Positions 1 to 11,997 are shown, counted from the stretch's first letter. The stretch: 64,000 nucleotides of DNA from a bacterium (GCA_038146805.1 JAYQSH010000002.1:26373-90372); one strand, 5' to 3'. The notes: generated by a model not told the origin, from the letters alone. A program made the numbers and translations.

Positions 1-2
1 AT

Positions 3-791
3 GCATCTGGGTCTTCTACTGCAGGTGGAGCAGATACTCAATTCCAATTTAATGATGGTGGAACAACTCTATCTGGTAATGGTGCCTTAACCTTTACAAA
101 AGCAAGTAAAACTATTACTGTTGCTACTGATGCACCTCTTGATATAAATTCTACTAGCTTATCAATTGCTGATCCTGATATCACTTTTGATGGAGCAACA
201 ACAACCTTTACACAAAGTACTGGTGCTTTTACATTTAGTCCTGCTTCTGGATCAAGCGTTAACTATAGCCTTGCTACAACAGGTGATTTTATTGTAACTA
301 CTGATGACTTGGTTGTTGATACATCTGCTGATCGCGTGGGAATCCAAACTAATACTCCAGCTGCTACTTTAGATGTTGGCGGCGGCACTCTTACATCAAT
401 AGACGGCACTGATGATTTACTTGTTAAAGATGATATTGAAGTTGATGGTAGCGCTTATATTAATGGTGCAATTCTTAATAGTGGATTCATTAGTAATACT
501 TCAAGCACTGCTGTAACTGTTAATTGGAATACTGGAAATAGACAAAAAATAACTCTTGGTCACAACGTTGCCTTTACTTTCACTAATCCTACTAGTGGTG
601 TCGGTTCGTTTTCTTTAATTTTAACTCAAGATGGTACAGGTAATAGAGTTGTATCTTCTTGGCCTGCTTCTGTGAAATGGCCTAGTGGTGTCGAGCCAAC
701 TCTTTCAACGACTGCTAATGCAATTGATGTTATTTCTTGTTTATATGATGGTTCTAATTATTTATGTCAAACAGGTTTAGACTTTCAATAA
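3..791 (+). CDS. 3' part of a fibre-like/surface beta-rich protein, 5'-truncated by the window edge
   Basis: The frame is open from position 3 (ASGSSTAGGADTQFQFNDGG...) into the 309-791 ORF. It is Thr/Ser/Gly-rich, and the C-terminal module VNWNTGNRQKITL...LILTQDGTGNRVVSSWPASVKWPSGVEPTLST resembles C-termini of phage tail-fibre-like proteins. Confidence 0.6.
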   Translation, partial: ASGSSTAGGADTQFQFNDGGTTLSGNGALTFTKASKTITVATDAPLDINSTSLSIADPDITFDGATTTFTQSTGAFTFSPASGSSVNYSLATTGDFIVTTDDLVVDTSADRVGIQTNTPAATLDVGGGTLTSIDGTDDLLVKDDIEVDGSAYINGAILNSGFISNTSSTAVTVNWNTGNRQKITLGHNVAFTFTNPTSGVGSFSLILTQDGTGNRVVSSWPASVKWPSGVEPTLSTTANAIDVISCLYDGSNYLCQTGLDFQ

Positions 792-815
792 ATAGTCACC
801 TCGTTATTAGTTAAA

Positions 816-914
816 GGGCGTGCTTCCAAACCCGTAATAAGTATCTCGAGTCTTTAGATTTGGGCATAAGTAGGGTTTGGTTAGACACGCCTAAAAAAAG
901 AATTAAACACCGTC
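816..914 (-). repeat. Dispersed REPIN-like element with inverted ends GGGCGTGCTTCCAAACCC / GGGTTTGGTTAGACACGCC
   Basis: Its reverse complement matches nearly base for base a module of the 286-bp tandem unit at 11998-12829. It lies between convergent genes. Confidence 0.85.
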
Positions 915-1017
915 CCTTAAATGATCTCTAGTATTCCTTGAAGATCCACTGAAAATGAGACTTCGTCTATTTCTCAATCGTGCTCCAAATTTGCAACTTG
1001 TCTCAGGGAGAGAATCC

Positions 1018-3687
1018 TTAAACCTCTGTCTTAGTTTTTTTGCTTACAGAAAATTCAAATTCATCATTAAAGTCAATATGGACGACGTTGTTTTTTTCCA
1101 GTTGCCCAGACAAGATTAAATTTGATAATTCATTTTCTATTTTTTGTTGTATAACTCTTTTGACTGGTCGTGCACCAAAGCTCGGGTCATAGCCAATAAT
1201 TCCTAGTTGCTCTAAAGCATAGTCGCTTATTTCAAGATCGATATTTTTTTCATTGAGCCTTTTTCTTAAGCCTTGTAGTTGTATTTCAACTATAGCTTTC
1301 ATTTGTCCAACTTGTAGAGGTGAGAAAATCACTATTTCATCTATTCTATTAAGAAACTCTGGTCTGAAATATTCTTTCATCATGCCCACAACTTCTTCTT
1401 TGATAAATTCATGCTTACTTTCTTCGCTTTGTTCTAAGCTATCTTCTGTATCAGTGAGTTTGAGTCCTTGATTTAGTTGTTTTTCAATTATAAAATCACT
1501 GCCAAAATTTGAAGTCATTATAATAATGGTATTTTTAAAATCAACTTTTTTACCTTTTGCATCGGTCAAATGTCCCTCATCAAGTACTTGCAATAAAATA
1601 TTACTGATATCCGGATGTGCTTTTTCAAATTCATCAAATAGAATTATCGAATAAGGTTTTCTTCTAACGGCTTCTGTTAATTGTCCACCTTCATCGTAGC
1701 CAACATAGCCCGGGGGCGCTCCAAGTAATCTTGCTACTGTGTGTTCTTCTTGATATTCGGACATATCAATTCTTATCATTGCTGATTCATCATCAAATAA
1801 AGCTTCAGCAAGAGCTTTGGCAAGTTCTGTTTTACCAACTCCGGTCGGACCTAAAAACATAAAAGAGCCAATTGGTCGGTTAGCTTCGGCAAGTCCAGCT
1901 CTAGATCTTTTTACTGCTTCTGCGACTGCTTTTACAGCATTTTCTTGCCCTATTAATCTTTTGTGTAATTCTTGTTCTAAATTTAAAAGCTTTTGTGATT
2001 CTTCAGCGAGTAATTTTTTTACAGGAATTCGTGTCCAAGCACTAATAATGTCAGCGATTTCATTTTCGCCTATTTCTTCTTTTAAAAGTGAGTTGTTAGA
2101 TTTATTTTCTGATAAATTTTCTGCTTTTTGTAATTGTTTTTCTAGCTCTAGTAAAGTACCAAACTTTAATTCGGCAGCTTTTTGCAAATCGGCTTTTCTT
2201 TCTGCATCTTCAATTGCAATTTTGGTTTCGTCTATTTTTTGCTTAATCTCTTTTACACCAACTATAGCTGTTTTTTCTGCTTGCCATTGACTTCTGAGTG
2301 ATTCAGCTTCTTTTGTTAGTTGGCTTAGTTCTTTTTCAAGTTTTTCGAGTCTTGTTTTATTGTCTTTTTCAGCTTCTTTTATCAATGCTTCTTTTTCAAT
2401 TTTAAGTTGCATTATTCTTCTGTCTAATTGGTCGAGCTCTTGCGGTGATGAATCGATTTCAACTCTGACTTTTGCTGTAGCTTCGTCAATTAGGTCAATT
2501 GCTTTATCAGGTAAAAACCTATCAGCAATGTAACGTTGAGATAAATTTGCTGCTGCGATAATAGCATTGTCTTTTATTCTTACACCATGATGCGCTTCGT
2601 ATTTTTCTTTTAAGCCTCTTAAGATTGAAATTGTTTCTTCGACTGATGGTTCATCAACACTTACCATTTGAAATCTTCTTTCTAGTGCAGAATCTTTTTC
2701 TATATGTTTACGGTATTCGTCTATAGTGGTTGCACCAATACAATGCAATTCTCCGCGCGCCAGTGCTGGTTTTAATAAATTGCCTGCATCCATTGCGCCG
2801 TCAGCACCACCTGCTCCAACTACCGTATGTAACTCATCTATAAATAAAATTATTGCACCATTTGAACTTTGTACTTCTTTTAAAACAGCTTTTAAACGCT
2901 CTTCAAATTCACCTCTAAATTTTGCGCCAGCAATTAAAGCGCCCATATCTAGTTCGATAACTTTTTTATCTTTTAAACCTTCTGGTACATCTCTATTTAT
3001 AATTCTTTGTGCAAGTCCTTCTGCAATAGCTGTTTTCCCAACTCCGGGTGGACCAACTAGCACTGGGTTGTTTTTACGGCGTCGAGAAAGTACTTGAATA
3101 ACTCTTCTGATTTCTTCATCTCTACCAATAACAGGATCTAGTTTTCCGGATGCGGCAATTTCTGTTAAATCTTTTCCGAATTTTTTTAGTGCATCTAAAG
3201 TTGCTTCGGGGTTATCAGAATTAACTTTCATGCCTTTGCGAACTTTATCAAGAGCTTTTTTAACTTCGTTTTCTTTGATACCCAATTCTTTATATATTTC
3301 AGGAAGCTTACTTTTGTCATTAAAACCCGCAAGTAAAAGGTGTTCTAAAGATACAAAACCATCTTGCATTGATTTTGCTATTGCTTCGGCATTTTCTAAA
3401 AACTTTTGAGTTGTCAAAGATATGGCTAATTGTTCTTGTGCCATTGCAAGTGCACTTGCTTTTGGTTTTTGCTTGAGATACTCTTTTGTTTTTTCACTCA
3501 AAGCTGAAATAGATACTTTAATTTCCTGAAAAATTTTTGCAAAATGTGAGTCGTTTATATTATCTAACAGACATATTGAAGCCATGATATGCTCTGGGTC
3601 AATTGCATTATGATCAAGATTTTGCAAAATCTCTCTTGTATTTAAAATTGCGTTTTGGGTATTTTTGGTAAATTTACTAAAATCCAT
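1018..3687 (-). CDS. clpB: ATP-dependent chaperone ClpB
   Basis: Two Walker A motifs ([16 protein letters not shown]), [13 protein letters not shown], middle coiled-coil domain, IDMSEY, GARP; 889 aa. Confidence 0.97.
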   Translation of the reverse strand: MDFSKFTKNTQNAILNTREILQNLDHNAIDPEHIMASICLLDNINDSHFAKIFQEIKVSISALSEKTKEYLKQKPKASALAMAQEQLAISLTTQKFLENAEAIAKSMQDGFVSLEHLLLAGFNDKSKLPEIYKELGIKENEVKKALDKVRKGMKVNSDNPEATLDALKKFGKDLTEIAASGKLDPVIGRDEEIRRVIQVLSRRRKNNPVLVGPPGVGKTAIAEGLAQRIINRDVPEGLKDKKVIELDMGALIAGAKFRGEFEERLKAVLKEVQSSNGAIILFIDELHTVVGAGGADGAMDAGNLLKPALARGELHCIGATTIDEYRKHIEKDSALERRFQMVSVDEPSVEETISILRGLKEKYEAHHGVRIKDNAIIAAANLSQRYIADRFLPDKAIDLIDEATAKVRVEIDSSPQELDQLDRRIMQLKIEKEALIKEAEKDNKTRLEKLEKELSQLTKEAESLRSQWQAEKTAIVGVKEIKQKIDETKIAIEDAERKADLQKAAELKFGTLLELEKQLQKAENLSENKSNNSLLKEEIGENEIADIISAWTRIPVKKLLAEESQKLLNLEQELHKRLIGQENAVKAVAEAVKRSRAGLAEANRPIGSFMFLGPTGVGKTELAKALAEALFDDESAMIRIDMSEYQEEHTVARLLGAPPGYVGYDEGGQLTEAVRRKPYSIILFDEFEKAHPDISNILLQVLDEGHLTDAKGKKVDFKNTIIIMTSNFGSDFIIEKQLNQGLKLTDTEDSLEQSEESKHEFIKEEVVGMMKEYFRPEFLNRIDEIVIFSPLQVGQMKAIVEIQLQGLRKRLNEKNIDLEISDYALEQLGIIGYDPSFGARPVKRVIQQKIENELSNLILSGQLEKNNVVHIDFNDEFEFSVSKKTKTEV

Positions 3688-3744
3688 ATTAATATAAATA
3701 TTATTCCCTCGTAATGCTCTTTTTCAAGGCTTTAAGATAAATCC

Positions 3745-3762
3745 AATACTGAGCTTAGTATT
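3745..3762. promoter_or_regulatory. Near-perfect 18-bp palindrome (candidate operator) between divergent clpB and elbB
   Basis: AATACTGAGCTTAGTATT has one mismatched pair and sits just upstream of the elbB -10 hexamer TAAAAT (3768-3773). Confidence 0.35.
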
Positions 3763-3779
3763 TGCAGTAAAATTAAGAC

Positions 3780-4469
3780 ATGCAAAAAAATGTTTTAGTT
3801 TTACTAGCAGGTTGTGGAGCAAAAGATGGTGCTGAAATTCAAGAATCAGTTTTGACTTTACTTGCAATAAAAAAAGAAGGTTGTAACTATACTTGTGCGT
3901 CTTTAAATAAAAACCAAAAACATGTTTTAAATTTTATTGAGGATTCTGAAATTGATCAAGAGCGTAATATGATGGTTGAAGCGGCAAGGATTTCTCGTGG
4001 ACAAATGGAAGATATTACAAATCTTTCTATGAAAGATTTTGATGCTTTGATAATCCCAGGAGGTTTTGGTGTTGCCAAAAACTTTTGTAGCTTTGCTTTT
4101 GATGGAACAAAAGCAAGTGTTGAACCTGAAATAAAAAAAATTATTCAAGAAGCTTATGAACTAAAAAAACCGATTGGGGCTATTTGTATCGCACCAGCAC
4201 TTGTTGCTCTTTCTTTGGTTGATAAGAATCCAAATATCACTATGACACTTGGAACAGCTCAAGAAGCTAACCAAAACTTGACTGAGATTGGTGTTAAATT
4301 TAAGACCTGCCCTACAAGTTCTTTTACTGTTGATGAGGAAAATAAAATTGTTTCTTCACCTGCTTATATGCACGGTGATTCGACTATTGTTGAACTCGAG
4401 GAAGGTATCTCAAAGTGTGTAAAAGCTGTTGTTGAGATGGCTTATGCAAAAGTTACAAGCGCCAATTAA
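3780..4469 (+). CDS. elbB: ElbB/ES1-family glyoxalase (class I glutamine amidotransferase-like, DJ-1 fold)
   Basis: LAGCGAKDGAEIQE, FDALIIPGGFGVAKN, KPIGAICIAP, VDEENKIVSSPAYM. Confidence 0.92.
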   Translation: MQKNVLVLLAGCGAKDGAEIQESVLTLLAIKKEGCNYTCASLNKNQKHVLNFIEDSEIDQERNMMVEAARISRGQMEDITNLSMKDFDALIIPGGFGVAKNFCSFAFDGTKASVEPEIKKIIQEAYELKKPIGAICIAPALVALSLVDKNPNITMTLGTAQEANQNLTEIGVKFKTCPTSSFTVDEENKIVSSPAYMHGDSTIVELEEGISKCVKAVVEMAYAKVTSAN

Positions 4470-4608
4470 TTTATTAATGACCCTTTGAAAAATGCGTCTT
4501 TGTTGATTTTTCAACCCTGATCTTAGAGTGCAACTTTGCTAAGCGAGTGAATCTTTATTTTTTTTGTTAAGCAGATTACAGCTCAAAACTTTCTCTTTTA
4601 GGGGATCC

Positions 4609-5901
4609 CTAAGCTAGAATTTTAAATTTTTTTTCTATATAACTTTTTAAAATCTCTCTAAAATCACTTGCGATATTTTTACCTTTAAGAGTTTGGCTAA
4701 GTTTACCATCGATGTAAACAGGGGCAGAAGGCTCTTCGTTATCTCCAGGTAGTGAGATGCCGATATCTGCATACTTTGATTCGCCCGGACCGTTTACAAT
4801 ACAGCCCATGACAGCTACTTTTAATTTTTCAACTCCGGGATATTGAGTTTTCCATTGATTGATCTCAGATTGAATATATTCATTAATTTCTTGCGCTAAG
4901 CTTTGAAAATAATTACTTGAGGTTCTACCACAGCCCGGGCAACTAGTGACTGAAGGTTTGAAATAATCTAGTTCTAAAGCTTGAATTAATTCTTGGCAAG
5001 CTCGAACTTCTAGGCTTCTATCATTGAGAGGGTTTGAGCCGTCGCCAACTCCGGGCGTGAGTGACATACGAATAGTATCGCCAATTCCTTCGTTAAGTAA
5101 TACTCCAAGTGCTGCTGAACTTGCAATCATACCTTTTATGGGTGTTCCAGCTTCTGTTAAACCTAAATGCAAAGGAAAGTCACAAGATTTTGCTAACATG
5201 CGATAGATATTTATTAAGTCTGGTACTTCTGACATTTTCACGCTGAGTATAATTTTGTCTTCTGCTAAACCGGCTCTTTGAGCGAGTTCACAGGACCTAA
5301 GGGCACTTTCTCGCATCGCAAGGTAAACAACTTTTTTGAAATCAAGTTCTTGATTATTACTATTAAAAACAAAAGAGTTATTTTCTATTTCTTGATATCT
5401 TTTGGCTAACTTACCATCAGCATTTAAATTCATAAACTCTGTAAGTAAATCCTGATCTAAAGAACCCCAGTTAACCCCAATACGAATTGCTTTGTTATTT
5501 GCTTTTGCAATTTTTATAATAGTGTCAAAGTTATAATCGTGTTTTTCACCGTAGCCAACATTACCTGGGTTAATGCGATATTTTACAAGTGTCTCAGCAC
5601 ATTCTTTAAATTCAGCAAGTAATAAATGACCATTATAGTGAAAGTCTCCAACTAAAGGCACATTCAAACCTTGAGCTTTAAGAGCTTTGTCTATCTCAGG
5701 GATTGCTTTTGCTCCAGCCTCATCTTTTACTGTGAGTCTAACAAGCTTTGAACCTGCTAGGTATAAGGCTTTAACCTGCTCTGTACTACTTGCAATATCA
5801 TGAGTTGCAGTATTTGTCATAGACTGTATTGCAATAGGGTGCTCTGAACCTATGCTTAGTTTATCGGTGATTTGTACTTGTTTAGTTTGTCTGCGAGGCA
5901 T
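4609..5901 (-). CDS. ispG: (E)-4-hydroxy-3-methylbut-2-enyl-diphosphate synthase
   Basis: IQSMTNT, LVGDFHY, RINPGN, RIGVNWGSL, LHLGLTEAG, Fe-S ligands SCPGCGRT and GCIVNGPGE. Confidence 0.97.
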   Translation of the reverse strand: MPRRQTKQVQITDKLSIGSEHPIAIQSMTNTATHDIASSTEQVKALYLAGSKLVRLTVKDEAGAKAIPEIDKALKAQGLNVPLVGDFHYNGHLLLAEFKECAETLVKYRINPGNVGYGEKHDYNFDTIIKIAKANNKAIRIGVNWGSLDQDLLTEFMNLNADGKLAKRYQEIENNSFVFNSNNQELDFKKVVYLAMRESALRSCELAQRAGLAEDKIILSVKMSEVPDLINIYRMLAKSCDFPLHLGLTEAGTPIKGMIASSAALGVLLNEGIGDTIRMSLTPGVGDGSNPLNDRSLEVRACQELIQALELDYFKPSVTSCPGCGRTSSNYFQSLAQEINEYIQSEINQWKTQYPGVEKLKVAVMGCIVNGPGESKYADIGISLPGDNEEPSAPVYIDGKLSQTLKGKNIASDFREILKSYIEKKFKILA

Positions 5902-5938
5902 TAAAGCTAATTATAGCTTATAGTTCAAATTGCTAAGC

Positions 5939-7342
5939 CTAGCTTTCTTTTTTTTCTTTTTCTTCTTTTTCTTTTGCTTCTTGCTTTTTCTTTTCTAAGT
6001 CTTCATCAAAGCTCGCTATCTTATTTACGATATCTTCGGTTAGCGGTTTTGAATCAAATTTTTTCTTTAAAACTTCTACTGCTTTCATTAGCTGTTTGTC
6101 TTTGCCATCATGAGGTTGACGGACGCCATATTTTTCATTTGGATCAAAAAACCAAGGACCACGACTATTTTCATAATCAATTTTTTCTAACTTCACAAGG
6201 TAATCAGGTTTGATTCCTTTTTTGTTAATGTCTGTTTTGTTTGGTGTTAGATATTTGGCAATTGTAACGTTAATGCCTGAACCATCTCCAAGTTTGTTGA
6301 TTTCTTGAACTAAACCTTTACCAAAAGTTGTCGTGCCAACAATTTCAGCTCTAGCATTATCTCTCATGGCACCACTAAAAATTTCACTAGCAGAAGCGCT
6401 ATTAGAATTTACAAGTAAAATAATCGGTTTTTCGGTTGAAACAATTTTTCTTGAACTGTATGAGTTGATGTAACCGTTTTTGTTTACTGTACTTACAATT
6501 ACACCTTCTTCTAAAAACATGTCAGAGATTACCATTGCGTTATTTAATAAGCCTCCCGGGTTGTTTCTCAGATCAATAATGAGTGCTTTGGTTTTTTCTA
6601 ATTCTTTAAGAGCATCTATTAATTCTTCTACTGTATCTTTTGAGATAAATGTACTTAGTCTGATATAGCCAATGTCATCAAAGATTGTTTGCACTTGTCC
6701 ATCTGGAATTGCTTTGATTGGAATCACAGCTCTAGTGATGGTTTTGCTCAACTTCTCTTCATCTCTTTGAATAGTTAATGTAACTTCTGTATCAACAGGA
6801 CCTCGAATTTTTCTTGCCGCTTGATCAATGGAAATTCCTGATGTATTTTGTCCATCAATCTCTATAATTAAATCATTTGGTCTTAAGTCTGCTTGGGCAC
6901 CTGGAGTACCAGCAATAGGGGCAATAATGATTACTCTATTTTCTTTATCTAAGCCGATTTGTATACCAACTCCAGTCAACTCGGCATTAATTGATTCTTT
7001 TTCTTCTTCAAAAGCTTCTCGGTTAAGAAATCTGGTATATCGATCTCCCAAAGAAGCTATCATCGTTTCGATAGCTTTATAAGCATCTTCTCTATCTTTT
7101 AGATGACTATCATAGCGATGTCTCCATATTTCCCAATCTTGTTGGTTATAATTTTGATCTAAATAATCACTTTCGATAATTTTCCATACTTTGTCATAAA
7201 GTTTTTTTGGTGGAATTTCAGGATATTTTTTTGTTTCATCTGAACTATTAAAAAGATTGACTGCTGAATAACTTGGTGAACAAATACTAAATAAAGAGAG
7301 TATAAATATTGAAATAATTTTCAATTGCAATGATTTAAGCAT
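5939..7342 (-). CDS. ctpA: S41 family C-terminal processing peptidase with PDZ domain
   Basis: Signal peptide, GVGIQIG PDZ, IGYIRLSTF, IIDLRNNPGG, SASASEIF, TTFGKG. Confidence 0.92.
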   Translation of the reverse strand: MLKSLQLKIISIFILSLFSICSPSYSAVNLFNSSDETKKYPEIPPKKLYDKVWKIIESDYLDQNYNQQDWEIWRHRYDSHLKDREDAYKAIETMIASLGDRYTRFLNREAFEEEKESINAELTGVGIQIGLDKENRVIIIAPIAGTPGAQADLRPNDLIIEIDGQNTSGISIDQAARKIRGPVDTEVTLTIQRDEEKLSKTITRAVIPIKAIPDGQVQTIFDDIGYIRLSTFISKDTVEELIDALKELEKTKALIIDLRNNPGGLLNNAMVISDMFLEEGVIVSTVNKNGYINSYSSRKIVSTEKPIILLVNSNSASASEIFSGAMRDNARAEIVGTTTFGKGLVQEINKLGDGSGINVTIAKYLTPNKTDINKKGIKPDYLVKLEKIDYENSRGPWFFDPNEKYGVRQPHDGKDKQLMKAVEVLKKKFDSKPLTEDIVNKIASFDEDLEKKKQEAKEKEEKEKKES

Positions 7343-7348
7343 ATTAAA

Positions 7349-8272
7349 TCAGTATACCAAAGCTCCAGAATTTGAAACTCTGCACTTTATGCTCTTGCTC
7401 ACAATATCTTTTTCGAGCCATTTTTCTTTGGCATAATTTTCAATTATTTCAGCATCTTTTGTATCTTTGACAAAAACTATTAAACTGGCACCCGAGCCTG
7501 AAATGGTTGCCGCAATAGCATTGTTGTTTGCAAAATCTATAATTTCAGTAGCGTTTGGTATTAAGTTAAGGCGGGCTTCTTCGTGTATTTTATCTTGGAC
7601 GCTTTTTTGAAATGTATCTAGGTCATTTGTTAAAACGGCACTTGTAAAAAGTGCGGCATTAGCAATATTAAAAATACAATTCTCAAGTTTTTGTTTTTTT
7701 TGAATTACTTTTCTTGCTTCATTTGTGTTTACTCTAAAGTTTTCTGGATAAAGCATTAAAATCTTTAAATCAAGATTCCAGTTGATTTTTTTGTAATGCA
7801 GTTTGTTGTTAAAAAAACTTACCAAGCAAAATGCCCCTAGCATACTTGCACAAACATTATCTGCGTGACCCTCTATGTTAGCGGCTTCTAACAGAATCTC
7901 CTCAACGGATAATTTATTACCTAGAAATTTATTTGCCGCAAGTAAGCCGGCTAAAACAGCAGTTGAGCTTGAACCAAAACCACCACAGCTTGGTATTTGA
8001 GCTTTTAGTTCTAAATCAATTCCGGGCATTTTATTTTTGCAGAGTTTTTTATAAAGATGACTAAAACTTTTAAAAACAAGATTTTTTTTATTGTTGACAA
8101 AAATATTTTCATCAAGATTTGAGTTGGCTTTAAAACCCGAGCTTGTGAAATTAAATATATACTCATTGTATAGATCTAAAGCAAGCCCAAAACAATCAAA
8201 ACCTGCTCCTAAGTTGGAGCTACTTGCGGGGATTTGAATTTTGATGCAATACGTCATATATATAGAATACAT
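7349..8272 (-). CDS. thrB: Homoserine kinase (GHMP family)
   Basis: IPASSSNLGAGFDCFGLAL, GGFGSSS, EGHADNV, ISGSG. Confidence 0.92.
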   Translation of the reverse strand: MYSIYMTYCIKIQIPASSSNLGAGFDCFGLALDLYNEYIFNFTSSGFKANSNLDENIFVNNKKNLVFKSFSHLYKKLCKNKMPGIDLELKAQIPSCGGFGSSSTAVLAGLLAANKFLGNKLSVEEILLEAANIEGHADNVCASMLGAFCLVSFFNNKLHYKKINWNLDLKILMLYPENFRVNTNEARKVIQKKQKLENCIFNIANAALFTSAVLTNDLDTFQKSVQDKIHEEARLNLIPNATEIIDFANNNAIAATISGSGASLIVFVKDTKDAEIIENYAKEKWLEKDIVSKSIKCRVSNSGALVY

Positions 8273-8316
8273 CTTTATCTATCTTTTTAATATGCTTTGA
8301 TGTTATTATCAAAAGT

Positions 8317-8736
8317 ATGACTAACGATAAAAAACTTTATAATTTTACACAACTGTTACTAGAAGCATTGGATTTAGTAAGTAAAGCAAATCAAATGCCA
8401 GAATATATAATCGCAAAAGGGAGCAGTTTAAATGCGATAAAAATTGTTGAAGGTTTTAAGGAATATTCTGAAGAAGATAAGAAAGAAGTTTTTAAAATAA
8501 TTTCTGAAAAAAAATCTAGTGCGCAAGTTTTAAATGTTGTTGGTTATTATTCAAAATCTGATTTATATAATCTTATCAACAGTCGTAAAGATGCACTGCT
8601 AAGATTAGTAGATCCAATGTTTTCTAGAACTTTACAAAAATATATTACAATTGCAAACATTGCAAATGATTTAAATGAAATTTTTGCAAATCTACTACAA
8701 GTTGAAGCAGCTTTAATGAATGAAAGAAAGAAATGA
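8317..8736 (+). CDS. Hypothetical protein
   Basis: 139-aa ORF, preceded by TGnTATTAT and overlapping the next gene. Confidence 0.65.
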   Translation: MTNDKKLYNFTQLLLEALDLVSKANQMPEYIIAKGSSLNAIKIVEGFKEYSEEDKKEVFKIISEKKSSAQVLNVVGYYSKSDLYNLINSRKDALLRLVDPMFSRTLQKYITIANIANDLNEIFANLLQVEAALMNERKK

Positions 8737-9595
8737 TAATCAAAAAAAATTACTTCGTTCTTGTATCAAAGCCAAAGATGGCTGGTGGGCAACTTTGTTT
8801 GCTGGACCTGTTGCAAACAGGCTCTTAGAACCAATTTGCAACTTAAAATTTTTAACTCCAAATCATTTGACTTTATTTTCTTTGTTTATAGGATGTCTTG
8901 CCGCTTATTGTTTTTTTAAGGGTGATAATAGTTCTTTATTGTTAGGAGCAATTCTTGTGCAATTGTCTTTTGTTGTTGATTGTATGGATGGTCAATTTGC
9001 TCGTTACAGTAAAAAATTTTCCGACTTTGGTGCTTGGCTTGATCGGATTAGTGATAGAGTAAAAGATTTTTTGTATTTTTTTTCTTTGGCTTGGGGTTTT
9101 TACACACAGCACTCTGAGAGCTTTTCTTATGGTTGTACACCCTTTGTAAATTTCATTTCTAACTTTATTGACAAAGATCAATTTTTTACGATTAATCCAA
9201 ACTTGCATATGATTACCATGCAGGCAAAACAAGTTGAAACATGGTTGGTGTTTCCAATTGCTATGATTGCTATGTTTGCTGTGTTTTTGATTGATTACTA
9301 TGTCAACCAAGATATGAAATTTCCAACTGCAAAAAAAACAGAGAATAAAGTTAAACAAGTTCAGCAAAGAAATATTTTTTTAAGATTCTTTAAAATCTTT
9401 TTAACTTTTGGCTTAAGTGTTTACAGGTCTGTACCTATTTTGAGGTTCAATATTGGTGAGCAAGCATTGTTGATTTCTTTGTTTTGTGCTTGTGGTGCGG
9501 TTTTTAGCTTGTTAAGTTTCTTTGCATTATTGGGAAGCTTTTATATTATTTATTGGCCTTTTGCTAAATATTTTGGTTTCACCGAAGATAAATGA
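8720..9595 (+). CDS. CDP-alcohol phosphatidyltransferase family membrane protein
   Basis: LTPNHLT and the signature DCMDGQFARYSKKFSDFGAWLDRISDR; several hydrophobic segments. Confidence 0.9.
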   Translation: MKERNDNQKKLLRSCIKAKDGWWATLFAGPVANRLLEPICNLKFLTPNHLTLFSLFIGCLAAYCFFKGDNSSLLLGAILVQLSFVVDCMDGQFARYSKKFSDFGAWLDRISDRVKDFLYFFSLAWGFYTQHSESFSYGCTPFVNFISNFIDKDQFFTINPNLHMITMQAKQVETWLVFPIAMIAMFAVFLIDYYVNQDMKFPTAKKTENKVKQVQQRNIFLRFFKIFLTFGLSVYRSVPILRFNIGEQALLISLFCACGAVFSLLSFFALLGSFYIIYWPFAKYFGFTEDK

Positions 9596-9709
9596 AAATA
9601 GTTTTAACTTTCTAAGTTGTTTTAGGCATAAAATATACATATTCTTAACAATATAAAGCCAAGTATTTGCTAGTATTTTAATTCGCGAGGTTAATAACTC
9701 CTCTGCACT

Positions 9710-9752
9710 GTAAACTGAAAACTGAATAGTAAATAACAATATTTTGTTACAA
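9710..9752 (+). other. 5' arm of the 16S pre-rRNA processing stem
   Basis: GTAAACTGAAAACTGAATAGTAAAT...TTTTGTTACAA is complementary to 11581-11617. Confidence 0.7.
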
Positions 9753-9918
9753 ATTCTTGTCAATATAAATTTGAGTAGGCCAGTTAGTGAGCTTGTAAGT
9801 AAATATAGCTAGAAACTTACAAAAGCAAAATCTAACGGCGAAAGTTAGTTTAATTATCAGCTCTTTGAGTTGGTAATCAAAAGTATTAAACTCGCGATTG
9901 TTTCAATCGCTTCGTTCT

Positions 9919-11415
<1,497 letters not shown>

Positions 11416-11580
11416 TATGGAGTATGAGATTAGATTCTAATCTTATTTTAGTAAAAACGTCTCTCACGAGACATAACTAAAAGGAAAACGAAGATCTCTA
11501 GGTCGGTCGCAATGAAGCTTTAAGAGTAACCATACTAGGTCAACTCGAATCTTTTAAAGTGGAGCGATGGACAAGAAAGC

Positions 11581-11617
11581 TTGTGACAAATATTTTACTA
11601 TTCAGTTTTTAGTTTAC
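11581..11617 (+). other. 3' arm of the 16S pre-rRNA processing stem
   Basis: TTGTGACAAATATTTTACTATTCAGTTTTTAGTTTAC pairs with 9710-9752. Confidence 0.7.
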
Positions 11618-11630
11618 TTAATACATAAAG

Positions 11631-11664
11631 GACTCAGTACTTAGTAACTGGGTCTTTTTTTTTT
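11631..11664 (+). terminator. Rho-independent terminator closing the 16S transcript
   Basis: Stem GACTCAGT/ACTGGGTC (8 bp, one G-U pair) followed by T10. Confidence 0.85.
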
Positions 11665-11670
11665 ACTTAT

Positions 11671-11777
11671 GAGACACTTCGGACCGTGTTAAATCTGTCT
11701 CACTCATGAGACACTTCGGACCGTGTTAAATCTGTCTCACTCATAAGACACTTCGGACCGTGTTAAATCTGTCTCAT
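11671..11777 (+). repeat. Three tandem copies of a 37-bp palindromic REP-like unit
   Basis: GAGACACTTCGGACCGTGTTAAATCTGTCTCACTCAT starts at 11671, 11708 and 11745, with no spacers. Confidence 0.9.
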
Positions 11778-11812
11778 AAGGGGACTGATTCCAAACCCCA
11801 TTTTGAATTTTA

Positions 11813-11997
11813 TAAACTGATGCCCTAAACTCCACCTGAAAATAAAATTAATAAAAAAAAGCCCTACAATACCTATATTTAAGGTACTTTTATTTTGTAA
11901 TTACACAAACACCCAACTATCTTCTAAATAAACTCTGTAAAACTCTTATTTTCAATAGTTTTCAACTATTCAGGTGGAGTTTAGGGCAGCAGTTTGT
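11813..11997. mobile_element. MITE-like element: 27-bp terminal inverted repeats and 8-bp target-site duplication
   Basis: TIRs at 11814-11840 and 11969-11995 differ at one base. GAATTTTA flanks both sides (11805-11812, 11998-12005), while neighbouring empty copies at 12284 and 12570 carry it once. Confidence 0.7.

Noticed and set aside
4515-4545. CIRCE-like GAGTGCAA sequence
   Set aside because: The left arm TTAGCACTC is missing and the site lies between gene 3' ends.
3780-5901. Isoprenoid gene cluster elbB-ispG
   Set aside because: The genes are convergent, and ElbB is a glyoxalase-type protein whose isoprenoid link is only historical naming.
11416-11630. tRNA or 23S start in an ITS
   Set aside because: No cloverleaf with a T-loop/CCA and no 23S 5' motif were found; a terminator follows.
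11671-11777. CRISPR array
   Set aside because: The 37-bp units are directly adjacent with no unique spacers, no cas genes are in the window, and copies are dispersed singly in both orientations.
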